Origin: Blastocystis sp. Blastoise
Lineage: Eukaryota > Protista > Bigyra: Opalinata
Length of the DNA: 64,000 bases
Direction: 5' to 3'
Assembly: GCA_039096225.1 (NCBI GenBank)
Contig: JBBPEB010000031.1
Coordinates: forward strand, 50,927 to 114,926
The position numbers and the translations under genes were made by a program. Shown in pieces: positions 27,634-47,124 of this stretch (position 1 is its first letter; each line of letters begins with the position of its first letter). The notes under the pieces are model-generated. The model saw only the letters and a list, made by a program, of their open reading frames with translations. It searched no databases and was not told the DNA's origin.

Positions 27634-30319
27634 CTAGGGTCACGCCGCAGGTCCAGTGCCTAACGGCCCCGGACCGCGGCTGCATAAAGAGTATATAAAA
27701 AATATTTATTATCTTTTATCTTATATATTATATATATATAGTTTTTAATATGAGTCATTTATTATATATTATATATTATATATTATATATATTATTTATT
27801 ATTTATTAAATATTAATTTCTTATACTCTATATGGAGAGTTACAATTATTTTATGATTGTAATCAGGTTCAATTCCTGATATAAGATTATTTTAGACTTT
27901 TTAAATAAGAAATTAAAAAAGAGAAAAAATTATTGTTTAATTAAAATCACTTTCTAAGTCAATTTTTTCACAACAATTTATTTTTAAAATATATTTTGTA
28001 TTTAGTAATAATTAAACAACTGTTTAAAACATTCTTTGAGTTTTTAAAGTCAATAACTTTAGAAATGAGTACCAATGTGAAGTAGTGTAAAGTATTTTTA
28101 ATTCATAAAATTCATTTAAATAAGCATAATATAATAATTTTAACTCATTTTAATACTTTTTAAAAGAATTAGAAAGCTTTAATCATAACAAAGTCAGCAT
28201 TCATTCTAACTTTGACAACTAAAACATTATTTAAAAAGTTAATATTTTTATATTCGTCTCAAATAATGATTTTAACATAAATAACTCAAAATAGTAACTT
28301 TTAAATAGACTTTACCCATTCAAGATCCACTGTATCAAAACAGTTTCCGTCAGTCTTTTGATATAATATAGAGTTTATCATACTATTTATTAAATAAAAG
28401 TAAATGTTTTGAATCTCTTTCTTAAAGACCCTTTTTGACACATTATGAAAAGTTGACACACTTAAACTCATTTTTAAATGCTAATATTTACACACTTTAC
28501 TTAATATGACCATAGCTACACATTGGTGATCACTTTAAAACATTTTGTAAACCTTTTGCATTTGCTCATTTACTTCGACCAAAATATTTTCATCCCTCCT
28601 TTTGACATAATATAGAGTGTGTTGTCTAATTATATGAAAGCGATGGGGAATTTTGAATCTCGTCCTCTAAGTCAATCATTTTCACATTTTTTAAAATTAA
28701 GACCCTTAGAGTTGATTTTTGAAGTTAATTTTTCTACAGTGTTCCAAAAACACGATTTTGGATAAACTGAAGTAAAAATATTTTTTCAATAACTCTCACA
28801 ACCCTTCACACATCCAGTCTCTAAAAATAGTTTTTGCTATATTTTTGATATGTTGTAGAGTGTCTCTTAGTGTATACTGAACAATATCTCGTTTCTTAAA
28901 ACTCTCATTTTATGACTCTCTTTGAACATATTTTTACTAATTGAAAGGCTTAAACATATTTTTAAAAGCTAATATTTACATAGTAGACTTTATATGACTC
29001 TATAAGCACATTAGTCAACACTTTAGACTTTTTAAGGACACTTTACCATTTGGTCATCATACACTTTGATCAAAACATTTTCGTCCCTTCTTTTAACATA
29101 ATATAGCTCATACACTCTAGTTTAATGAATAAACACTCTTATTTTGAATCTCGTCCTCTAAGTCACTCATTTTTACATTTTTTTAAATTTAAGACCCTTA
29201 GAGTTGATTTTTTGACTCAATTTTTCTACAGTGCACGAAATTCACGATTTTAAATAAACTGAAGTAAAAATAAATTTTTAATAACTCTCACAACACCTCA
29301 CACATCCACTCTCTAAAAATTATTTTCTTTGCACTTTTGATATGTTGTAGAGCTACTACAGCTGTACACTAATTAAAATCTATAAATTTTTTATTCATAG
29401 TTTAAGACTATGTTTTACACATTTATTTAAATTTGGCAACCTTAAACTATTTATTTAAAGTTCTTATTCATAGAATATACTTAATACATGATTCTATACA
29501 CATATGCAAACACTTTTACTTTTTAAGACACATTTTGTCATTTGGTGATACACTTTGACCATCATAATTTTGACTCTCCTTTTAACATAGAATAGAGTAT
29601 TATCTCTAGTTTACTAAACAAAAGTCATTATATTGAATCTTATCCTCTAAGACCACTTAATTCACATTTTTTCAAAATTGTGACACTCAAACTCATTATT
29701 TTAAGACCTTGTTTTAACTATAGTAGTTTGAGGACCTATTGATTACCATTATACAATATTAGTCCATTATAAGAAGATCGAAGAAAAATATCGATCACTC
29801 AAAAATCGTCCTCAGGAACTCAAAATTGGTACACCTAGGTTTTTCGACCTCCTGAATCAGAATATCATGTCAAAATAAGAATCTAAATTTGACCGTTAAG
29901 GCCTCACGTGTTCAATATGAAAAAGTATTAAAAAATAGATAAATATAAAGAATAAACACGGATAACGTATATTGTGGGATTGAGAAAAAATCAAGTTTAC
30001 CCCATGTTTATTTTCCAATTGTCTGGTCAACAATTTTTATCGGGGTCACCCCAAAGAGCCAATCAAAAACGACTCAAAAATCATGTTTTCTGTTCTTTTA
30101 TTAATATCTTTTTAATTATTAATTATATCGCTTAACCAAATATATGGTGCACAACTACATGTTATATCCTATTGAACTGTGTTTCACTCAAAAGTTAACT
30201 CCCCGTAAGTTTAGAGGAGTTGCGGCGACAAACTATAGTATATAGTAGCCAATCAAATGCATTTTCCAAAAACTGACCAATGGGAATTTTTTTGCCTATT
30301 CTCATATATATAGTAATGA
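27634..30319 (-). mobile_element. Non-autonomous Helitron, 2686 bp
   Basis: TC 5' end at 30319. Hairpin plus CTAG 3' end at 27634. A|T target site. Near-identical to 58860-61540. Confidence 0.95.
27819..27886 (+). ncRNA. tRNA-like four-way junction, type A
   Basis: TCTTATA/TATAAGA; CTCT-ATATGG-AGAG; TTACAATT-ATTTTAT-GATTGTAA; TCAGG-TTCAATT-CCTGA. Confidence 0.65.
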
Positions 30320-30514
30320 TATTATATATAATGTCATGATTATTAATAGTATATATATAATAACTTAATCATATACTCTATTATGTTATATCTATAGTAA
30401 TTGGTTTATTTATATTTTACTTGGGTGATTTCGAATACTATGAGCATTTATTATATACTTGATATATATAATAGTAATTATTTGCTATTTTGATAACTAT
30501 TAGTTACTTATATA

Positions 30515-30555
<41 letters not shown>

Positions 30556-31002
30556 CATAATTATATACAATAAATGATATATATTATTACTATCTACTTG
30601 ATATATATAGAGTCTCCTTATACTTCTTTCTTCATTACTCATATTATTATTCTGAGTATTTTACACACTTTGTGGTTTATATATATCTATTATATATTGT
30701 TATAGAAGTGATTTCTCTTATATATATATAATATTAGTATTGATTCTATGTATATTATTTAAAGTATATATTGTACTTTATACTTAGATATATTTTTTTA
30801 ACAACAATTGTTACTCAACATCATTCTATATTGAAACGTAATATATTATTAATGTGTTTTTATAATATTTTATATTTATTCGTTTTATTTTATTATAAGT
30901 TAGTTATTATTATTATTATAAAACGCTTTTTATTCTTTAGTTTTAAAAATCTTCTTTCTTATATATTCCTAGTTTCTTCTGTGTTTATTTCTATAACTGA
31001 AA

Positions 31003-31033
<31 letters not shown>

Positions 31034-32128
31034 TTTTTTCTATTAGTATACTCTATTTAGTATCGTTATATTATTGTTGTGTATTATATTATTTACACAT
31101 ATTAATTCTAAACAAAACAACATATATAATCATATTTTTAAAGACTTAATCTATTAAACATATATAGTAATATCATAATGGAGTTCTAATAGTATAATAA
31201 CAATCAAATAACATACAATCCAGTAGCAGGCTGACCAGATCAATTCCAATAAACTATGACCAATATGACTATTCAATAATCCTAAATGACTATAATTATA
31301 CATACTAGCATAATTAATAAGATAAAACAGAAACAATCCATAACAGCACCTAATCCATTTCCATTTATTGATAATATATATATATAACTTATTAATAGAT
31401 TAATTAGCATCAAGAACATCATTCTAATTGAATATGAAAACCTTATTAGTTAATTAACCATAAACACCCACAATGATGCCAATTCTCTTTTGAATCTAAC
31501 TATTCTCATTTTCTATCCTATATAATGATAGAGTATATCATTCTAGAATGACCGTAATAAAGAAGAAGCCTATCTTATTCTCACCACTACATTAAAAACA
31601 CAATTCAAAGCCATCAGACAACGTCATAACTCCATAGAATAGAATACCATTACCATCTTACCATGTTAATGCCGTCTTATACCATTCTTATCACTTTTCC
31701 TATATATACTATGCTATATATACATATTAAAGATACTTATATAAGATATATACATCAATACATCAATACCCTTCAAGAGTCAATAAAAAATAAACATAGA
31801 GTTTTCCCCAGTATTATTTTTAAACATTTTTAAAGTCCCCACTCGTAGAATGAGCCGAAGACCACTGTCCTGAGTCAAGTTTTACAATTTAGAGCGTCCT
31901 GAGTCAATTATCTCAGAACAGAAGAAGAGGAAAAAGAACGACTCTTTTTTTTCTTGTGAAAATGCTAGCAAAAGTGATCTCATTATTCATAATATATATA
32001 AATAATTTTTTATAAATCATCACTTGACAAACAGGAAATCGTCTTCAGAAAAAACTTAGATATACCTAGAACCTGATATAAAAATAATTTGTTACTCATA
32101 ATTATTTTATTGTGGAATATTTGAAAAC

Positions 32129-35100
32129 ATGTCAGATCTCTTAGATATACTTACCTTTCCCTTAAAGGATGCTTCGAAATCTTTTAAAAGTTTATCGGAA
32201 GACGAAGTCGATTCTTTGTATGGTTTGATTCCTAAAGATAATGATCTTATGAAGGCACAGTTTTATCGATTATTAGTTTACAGAGATGATGTCAATCGAT
32301 TAGTCAAGTATCTTCAAGTTGAAACAGTTCAATTCCAAAATGTCTGTTACACTTATCTACATATTCCTAAATTAGAAAAGAAATTTATCCTTCAAATCAA
32401 GAGTGTCGATCAATTCTTTGATCTCGTCAATACTTTATCTGTTTCTTTGAAGAATTATTTATTTTCTAATTTCGTCAAGTATTGCACTGATGTTTCCCTT
32501 ATTGATTCTATTCTTCTTAAAGAAAGTCCCTTACTTTCTGACTCCTTTAAGAATGAATTAGCGTATCAATCTTCAGCTGAGTATCTTTATACTATCTATA
32601 TAAAAGATACATCTTCTGTTTCTATTGATTCTCTTCAAAAATACAAAAATAGTCATGAATTCTGTCACAAAGTTTTCTTTCATTTATTAGAAGTTATTTC
32701 TAGCTATTCTCCTACTAAAGGAACTGATTTCTTTGAAGGTTTAACATGTGTTTGTTGTCCTTATTTATGGGTAAAGAAATATATATTAGATGAGCGTATA
32801 ACAAAGAATAGTATTACTCAAACTGGATATATTTGGCTAGTAGATACTATAATGAAACGAATTGAGCATGAAGATTTTATTGATATATTCTTAGAGAAAT
32901 CATTTTATTTTAAGGATATTAATGAAAATAAAGATACTATTGAAGAAATTACATTATATAAACAAATTGAAGCCAGCCATGTGAATATATGTAATAGTAA
33001 TCGTATTAGCATTAAAGATTTATTAAGAGAGTTATTTTATTATGCTCCTAAATATATGATTGATACGTATCATCTTTTTACTGACAAGTTTTGTTATTTA
33101 ATTGATTATGATGTAGATTTAGATTGCTTATTATCATTATATTTATTATTTAAGCATTATCATTATGATGAACAATATAAAGTGATGCTTCGTTTAATTT
33201 GTGAAAAGAGTCTATTTGATCCTATTACTATTAGTTCCAAATTCTCTCTATTATTTGAAAGAGTAAATACTATTTATTTTTATTTATATAAAGAAGATAT
33301 TCCTTTATTTTATCAATATGTAATTGATTATTATTTAAATAAAATCAAGTTAACTACTTTAAACAATGAATTTGCTACAAAAGTTAGTAATTATATTCGT
33401 TTCTTCCATATTATCTTTTCTAATGATGAATATAAACAAGAATTAGATAGTATGACTGAAAGTGTTCTTCCTCAATTAATGTCAAGAAATATAGATTTAA
33501 ATACACGTTTATCTCTTTATAGTATTGATTTCAAACGAGTTCCTTTGGATTTCATGTATTTTAATGGGTTTAAAGGAATTAAGAAATTTTATCCTACTGT
33601 TTATTCTTGTGAAAAGTCATTAGCTTCTAAGAATAATGGTTATTTATTTAATAAAGATGCAGATACTCGTTCTTCTAGTATTGATGCTTTAGTAAGTGCA
33701 TGTATTCAATCAAAAGATATATGTTTTACTCATCGTCTTCTTCATTCTCTCTTAAGATTATATGATAAAGATGATAACCTTACTTGTGATTTCAATAAAC
33801 TTATTTTATTATTCTCTCCAGATTGCTTAAATATGAATTTAAAAGAAGTCAAGAATTCTCTTGGTTATTTAACTAGTACTATTCGTAATGAACTTAGAGA
33901 TGATATAGTAGAATGGGCAAAATCTAGTGGTAAATTAGATTGTACTTTATTACCTTCTATTATATTATGTTTAATGTTCTTTAGTATCCAATATCCTTCT
34001 TATTCTCAAGAATATTATAACTTTTATAAACCATTAATGAATACTTATGTTGAATTAGAATGTAAATTAACTAGTGATATATCATTTAATCCGTATCGTC
34101 ATAAAATGAGTGTTGTTGAATGGTATAAAAATACTCCATTTGAAAATCGTATGAATTCTAAATTATGGACTGTTTTAGAAAAGAATGAAAACTATTTATT
34201 AACTGGAAAATCATTTAAAGATCTAGAATTCTTCAAAAGTCATTATTGTTATTCTTATGATTATATATATGTATATATTAAGAATAGTTCTTATAATGAT
34301 GAATTAGAATATAAGCCAATAACAAAATCTATTACAGATTCTATATTGGAACTTATTGTGGATTATTTAGATAAAACTAAACCTATAGATGTATTGTTAG
34401 ATACTATTTTTGATTATTTATGTTATTGTGGTATATATAACAAGTCTACAACAAGAATACTTGAAAAGAAATCAGAATATACTATTAAAGAAACAATAAG
34501 TACTTCTTATTATCAAATAGATCAACCTATATTATCTGAAATGAATAAAGAAATACGTGATTATTATGGAAATATTAAAGGATTATCTACTTTTTCTTCT
34601 TGGTATACTATTAATAATTATTATTATTCTTTTTATAAAGAATTATCTAAACCTTCAAAGAGTATTCGATATATTTCTACTCCTAAACAATCTCCTCCTG
34701 AAAAACAAGAGAAAAAGAAGAAGTATAGTTATATTGAAAATTCTAATCATATTATTCATTATGAACCAAAGGTAGCTCATTTACTATTAAAATCAAATTC
34801 TGAAGATATTGTTGAATATATTTCTTCTGTAAAGAATTTATTATCAACATTAATTCTAAGTTCTGATACTTATAACAGTTTATTAAAAGTATGTAAATCC
34901 GACATATATACAAAATGTTATAATACTATATTTGATTCATATGGTTTATGTGATAGTACATTATCTACTTTTATTCCTATCTCTATTCCTGAAGAAGAAT
35001 TACAACAATTATATGATATTAGTTTAACTTTTTATCATGCCTTCTTAGAAATGATATACTTTTATATATATTATTATCAATACGATCGTAAAGGAAAAAA

Positions 35101-36994
35101 TCAAAAAGTTCCTTTTTCATTCCATCGTCATATATATAGTTTATTAATAGTATTATTTAATATTCGTTTAATTGCTAAAAGACAAAATATTATATTAAAC
35201 GATACTATACGTAAAGTTTATTATTTTACGAAGGACGTTGCTCCTTTTTATAATATTGATATGAAATATGATGAAACTCAACCTGAAACTGCTTATTGTT
35301 TAGATACAATAGATGTTGATTTCTCTAATTATACTGAATTAATTAAATTTATTGCTGTTACATTTAGTAGTAAAACTATTCAAGAAGTATTTTGTCCTAA
35401 AGAAAAACAAACAAAACATAGATTTGGTGAACATTTTAAGGGACCTATACGAAATATTGATAATTTAGTTCTTAAAATATGTCAATATTTACCTTGGGAA
35501 TGTTATCAATATTTATGTAAATACTTCTTATCTTTAAGTAATTCTAATTATTTGGTATTATTCTTTATTACTCATTATTTGGATAATTCAAATATGGAAT
35601 CAACTGCTGTTTCTAATGTTTTTGATTTATTAGTTCCTGAAAAAGCAAAAACTCTTAGTGTTCAATATATAAAGTTATTATTTACGATCGTTAAACATCC
35701 CTTAGTAGATGAAATATTACATAAGAAACAAGTACCTCAATTAGTCAGTAAATGGAATACATTAGTGGATAGTTTATGGTCAAATGATTCTTTAGCAAAA
35801 GAATCTTCTTTTTATTTAGTTTCTGAAATATTTGAAGATATTTGGGAATCGGATAATAGTATGAAATATTTTGATATGATTGGAAAGATGAATGGATCCA
35901 CAAATACTCAGAATTTCATTATTAATTCATTTATGTATTTATCATTTGTATTCTATAAGGATTATGATGAAGTATTTGAATCTTGGATAAATAATCATTT
36001 TAATGATACTCCCATCTTAAAAGATATGTATTCAAAGATTAAAACGAAATGTTCACTTAAAATCAATACAGAAAGAGCTGATTTTATTCGTAATATTATA
36101 TTAAAGACTTATGTTTCATTAAGTGGTTGTTCATTGAAAGATACACGTATTGTTTTATTAACATTTGTTGCTATGACTAGTAACAACTTAGATGATTATG
36201 AATTAGTTGCACCTATTGCTAAAGATATTATATTGAATAAGAATGTTAAAGAAAGAAATATCAAGGAAAATGAATATTTTGCTTCTTTATTACTTTTATT
36301 ACGTTATAATAAAGATATTCTTTTAGAACTATTAAGAAATAGTTTACAATTCTGTAATGCTTTAGTATCTTTATCAAAGAATAAGAATTCATCTGAATTG
36401 ATCGATTCTCTTGAACCTTATTTAAAGGAAATAAACATGAATAAAGAAACTTTCACTACATTAGTTTCTAAACAACAATTACGAAATGAATTTGAATCTT
36501 CTATTAGTTATTCTATTATGAATTTTTATTTAGATAAAAATTATTCTAAATATATTAATACAAGTAGAAAAGAATTAGGTCAAATATATGGATGTTTACT
36601 TGATTTAATACATGATGATAGCTATCCTTTATTTAAATTAATATCATTATTAAGTAAGTATTCAAATCAAGATGGATCTTATGATTTTATTCAATTCTGT
36701 AATGAAATTACATTAAATGATTTCCCTTCTTATTGTATTACTTATTTAGCTGATAGATGTTATAGTTTATATATTCCTGAATGGTCAACTACTATGTTTA
36801 ACATTGAACAATTATACACTCAAAATCATTCTGCTATTTCTGCATTTATGTATTTATTCTTAGCAAAGAGTTCTTATAACAGATATACTACAAATACTAT
36901 GATTCGAACATTCAAACAACATATTGCTGAAGACTCAACAACTTATCCTGAACTCAATATTTTCTTTAACATTTTTGCTAACTACTTACAATAA
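32129..36994 (+). CDS. Large intronless hypothetical protein, 1621 aa (possibly alpha-helical solenoid)
   Basis: Uninterrupted 4.9-kb ORF in very AT-rich DNA with complex amino-acid composition. No motif recognised. Confidence 0.9.
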   Translation: MSDLLDILTFPLKDASKSFKSLSEDEVDSLYGLIPKDNDLMKAQFYRLLVYRDDVNRLVKYLQVETVQFQNVCYTYLHIPKLEKKFILQIKSVDQFFDLVNTLSVSLKNYLFSNFVKYCTDVSLIDSILLKESPLLSDSFKNELAYQSSAEYLYTIYIKDTSSVSIDSLQKYKNSHEFCHKVFFHLLEVISSYSPTKGTDFFEGLTCVCCPYLWVKKYILDERITKNSITQTGYIWLVDTIMKRIEHEDFIDIFLEKSFYFKDINENKDTIEEITLYKQIEASHVNICNSNRISIKDLLRELFYYAPKYMIDTYHLFTDKFCYLIDYDVDLDCLLSLYLLFKHYHYDEQYKVMLRLICEKSLFDPITISSKFSLLFERVNTIYFYLYKEDIPLFYQYVIDYYLNKIKLTTLNNEFATKVSNYIRFFHIIFSNDEYKQELDSMTESVLPQLMSRNIDLNTRLSLYSIDFKRVPLDFMYFNGFKGIKKFYPTVYSCEKSLASKNNGYLFNKDADTRSSSIDALVSACIQSKDICFTHRLLHSLLRLYDKDDNLTCDFNKLILLFSPDCLNMNLKEVKNSLGYLTSTIRNELRDDIVEWAKSSGKLDCTLLPSIILCLMFFSIQYPSYSQEYYNFYKPLMNTYVELECKLTSDISFNPYRHKMSVVEWYKNTPFENRMNSKLWTVLEKNENYLLTGKSFKDLEFFKSHYCYSYDYIYVYIKNSSYNDELEYKPITKSITDSILELIVDYLDKTKPIDVLLDTIFDYLCYCGIYNKSTTRILEKKSEYTIKETISTSYYQIDQPILSEMNKEIRDYYGNIKGLSTFSSWYTINNYYYSFYKELSKPSKSIRYISTPKQSPPEKQEKKKKYSYIENSNHIIHYEPKVAHLLLKSNSEDIVEYISSVKNLLSTLILSSDTYNSLLKVCKSDIYTKCYNTIFDSYGLCDSTLSTFIPISIPEEELQQLYDISLTFYHAFLEMIYFYIYYYQYDRKGKNQKVPFSFHRHIYSLLIVLFNIRLIAKRQNIILNDTIRKVYYFTKDVAPFYNIDMKYDETQPETAYCLDTIDVDFSNYTELIKFIAVTFSSKTIQEVFCPKEKQTKHRFGEHFKGPIRNIDNLVLKICQYLPWECYQYLCKYFLSLSNSNYLVLFFITHYLDNSNMESTAVSNVFDLLVPEKAKTLSVQYIKLLFTIVKHPLVDEILHKKQVPQLVSKWNTLVDSLWSNDSLAKESSFYLVSEIFEDIWESDNSMKYFDMIGKMNGSTNTQNFIINSFMYLSFVFYKDYDEVFESWINNHFNDTPILKDMYSKIKTKCSLKINTERADFIRNIILKTYVSLSGCSLKDTRIVLLTFVAMTSNNLDDYELVAPIAKDIILNKNVKERNIKENEYFASLLLLLRYNKDILLELLRNSLQFCNALVSLSKNKNSSELIDSLEPYLKEINMNKETFTTLVSKQQLRNEFESSISYSIMNFYLDKNYSKYINTSRKELGQIYGCLLDLIHDDSYPLFKLISLLSKYSNQDGSYDFIQFCNEITLNDFPSYCITYLADRCYSLYIPEWSTTMFNIEQLYTQNHSAISAFMYLFLAKSSYNRYTTNTMIRTFKQHIAEDSTTYPELNIFFNIFANYLQ

Positions 36995-37814
36995 ACGCTT
37001 TTTTATTATTTGTTTTTTTTTTTATTTATTTATTTATGTTTTTAATTTTTATTTTATTTATTCATGTATTTCATATTTTTTATTATTTATTAATGTATTT
37101 CATTTTACTGCATCATGCACTTATATAACTGTATTATTTTATTTTCATTTTTGTTTTGTTGTTAGTTTATTTAGTAGTACACTCATAACCTTAGAATCAA
37201 GACACTTTTTCAATCACATTCTTTTATTAAATTTTTAATATTAATTAAATATTCATAGTTCTACATAAAATCCATATAACACCAATCTCAAGTTAAATTA
37301 AACATTATCAATCATCATAGAAACATCCAAGATACTAATTAAACAAAATTTGTAACTAGCTATTCCTAATATAATTGGTATCCCTTTTACTGTAAAAATT
37401 GAATTATAGATAATTGTTGGATAAGTAATTTGCTTCTCAATTCTTAATGTTTCCATTTAAAAAATGGAAGATTAATTATTAAATAAAATAGCCATGATAT
37501 ATAACTATAAGAAACATATGCATACAACCATTCTGATTCCTTAAAACGACTGATAAGCTATCCATATTTAGATAAACATATAGATCTATAAAAAGTATTC
37601 TTTCAAGGAATTATAAAAAGAAATATCTTTCTCAATAGGGAAAGTAATTTCAAAATGTAGAGAGAAATTGATGATTTCCGTGAATTTATTCGGTTTCTTG
37701 TGGGTTTCCGAAGAAATATAATTTTAACAAAAATGAGAATCTTTTGGATGCAAACGTTTAAAAAAATTGTTAAAAAATAATTATTTTTATTTTAAATTTC
37801 TCAAGTATTCTAAT

Positions 37815-44795
<6,981 letters not shown>

Positions 44796-45422
44796 GAATT
44801 ATGTATGTCTATATATATTATGTTAATACATTTTATTTAAAAGAAAAAATTATTTCTGTTTTTATCTTGAAATATCAATTTTTATATCAGTAGAGATATA
44901 AATTTATGCTCGAAATAATTTGTATGAACTTTTATCTGCGTTCGTTACATTTTTATAATATTTAAATTGAGTTTTGTTCCATTTGTTTTTTATAATTACA
45001 TGAATATTCCTTGAATTTGTTAAATTACATTTACTCCGATTATAGAATAGCATTCATAATCATTTTAATGCAACTTATCGTTATAATTACATTCGAATCG
45101 AAACTAATTTCTATTCTGTAAAGGAATTAAATATAAAAATCATTTCATAAGCATTTACATTAAGTTAACTGCATTAGTGTATAATCCAAATAGATAATCA
45201 TACAAATAAAAGAAGAAATTTAAAAAATCATGAAACATAATGAGATTATAATGAATAAAATAAAAATATTCGTGAAAAAAGAAAATAATTATTGTTTTCT
45301 TTTTACTTACTAAATAAGTATAATCAATAGAATTTACTTTTTTTTTAATCAATTATCAATGTAATTGATCAATATAATATTATATTTTCTCTTTAGCTCT
45401 AATTATATCAAATCTGAAAATT

Positions 45423-46340
45423 ATGTTTGGATTTAAAAAGAGACTAGAGCAGGCAAAGAATCAAGGTAAAGTTATAGATGAGGTTAAAATAAGAAATGAA
45501 ATTAATTCAAAAATGGCATTTCAAAGTTTGCAAAAATGGTTGGCAGACTTTTGTCCATGTAGTACATATGAATTACGAGATGTGAACTTAAATGATCCAT
45601 TTCATTTTATTGTAGTTATTAAACCAGATATGGGATTATATAAAGGAGGAATGTATGTATATATGCTTATATAGATATACTGTAATTAATAGTATATAGA
45701 TATTGTTTTTCTTTCACGTCAAATGATCAGTTTCCATATGAACCACCAAAGGTTATTTGTCAAACGCAAGTAAGTCTTTTATTTTATATATTTTATTCAA
45801 AACGAAAATTCTCTATTATAACTTCATTTTCAAATTGTTTTTGTAGATTCTTCATCCTAATATATCTTTCAAAGGCAACGTTTGTTTAGATATTATTAGA
45901 GAACGTTGGACACCAGCTATTAGTTTAGAAAACATAGCAGTTGGCTTACGTATATTATTAGAAGAACCTGTTGCTGATGATGCACTTAATATTTGTATGA
46001 TATTATTATTTTATTTATTATTTATTATTATTATTTTATTTATTATTTATTATTATTATTTTATTTATTATTTATTATTATTATTTTATTTATTATTTAT
46101 TATTATTATTTATTTATTATTATTATTTATTTATATTTTATTTATTGTTTATTCATATTTTATTTATTATTTATTATTTATTTATATTTTATTTATTATT
46201 TATTATTTATTATAGATGTAAAAGACATTATGGAAAGAGATATACATGAATATGAAACAATGGTGGAACATTCTTTAAAAGGTGAATCAATAACTATAGA
46301 CAACAACATTACTTTAAAATTTCCAAAGTTTTTAGAATAA
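45423..46340 (+). CDS. UBC12: Ubiquitin-like conjugating enzyme E2, NEDD8 E2 (Ubc12/UBE2M)-like; 4 exons (45423-45652, 45700-45769, 45847-45994, 46217-46340)
   Basis: Spliced product has IKPDMGLYKGG, FPYEPPKV, HPNISFKGNVCLDIIRERWTP (catalytic Cys), EEPVADDALN and a C-terminal LKG..FPKFL, plus an N-terminal extension. Confidence 0.8.
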
Positions 46341-46980
46341 TTAAAATAAATATATTCATTTTTGTTTATTGTTTATCATTCGTTATAAGACCAAAATCAA
46401 TATTCACTTTTTTATAAATTCTATTATATAAAAAGAAGTCACAAAAAATGACTTTTAAAACCATCTTGTTATTACATATTTTTTTGTATGAATTATTCTA
46501 GATACCTTTATTATAATCTATAGTGATTGCTCTTATTTACAGAAAATAATTAAGCTTAAATAAAAATCACACTTAAATATAACTTCATAATTCATAAAAT
46601 ATGACTTGCATATAGATATTTATATTTAAATACAGTATATACACCAAATCCATATCTAGGAACTCACAATAAATGAATGAAAACAGAAGATTATGAAAAA
46701 CAATAAAAGACAGTACATATAGATGATATAAGTAGTGTTGACAACTAATTATCCATATTAGATTAATCCTGTTATATCTTGAAAGAATCAAAAATACCAC
46801 TATTAGATACAACAAATGGAACAAAGCATATAAATAATCACAGCAAATCAATTAAACTGTTTAGATATTTGATCTGATTGAGTTAGGGACTTTGTTTATC
46901 AATTACTAAACTTATTCATAGAACAACAACCATTAAATGATTATTGAAAAAAATAGGGACAAATTTACAAATTGACTTTC

Positions 46981-47124
46981 GGCAGCGTTCGCCATAGGCT
47001 ACCCAGGGTAGGGACTCTACCCCAGACAATTTTTGTCCAACGCCTTGAGCCGCCAGAAGTACCCTTAAAACTGGCTATTTTGGGAATTCTCTACCCCAGC
47101 AGAGTCTTCGTGGCGAACCCTGCC
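46981..47124. mobile_element. Putative 144-bp MITE (GC-rich islet with 14-bp terminal inverted repeats)
   Basis: GGCAGCGTTCGCCA ... TGGCGAACCCTGCC (13/14 match). Internal CTCTACCCCAG occurs twice. No TSD seen. Confidence 0.55.
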
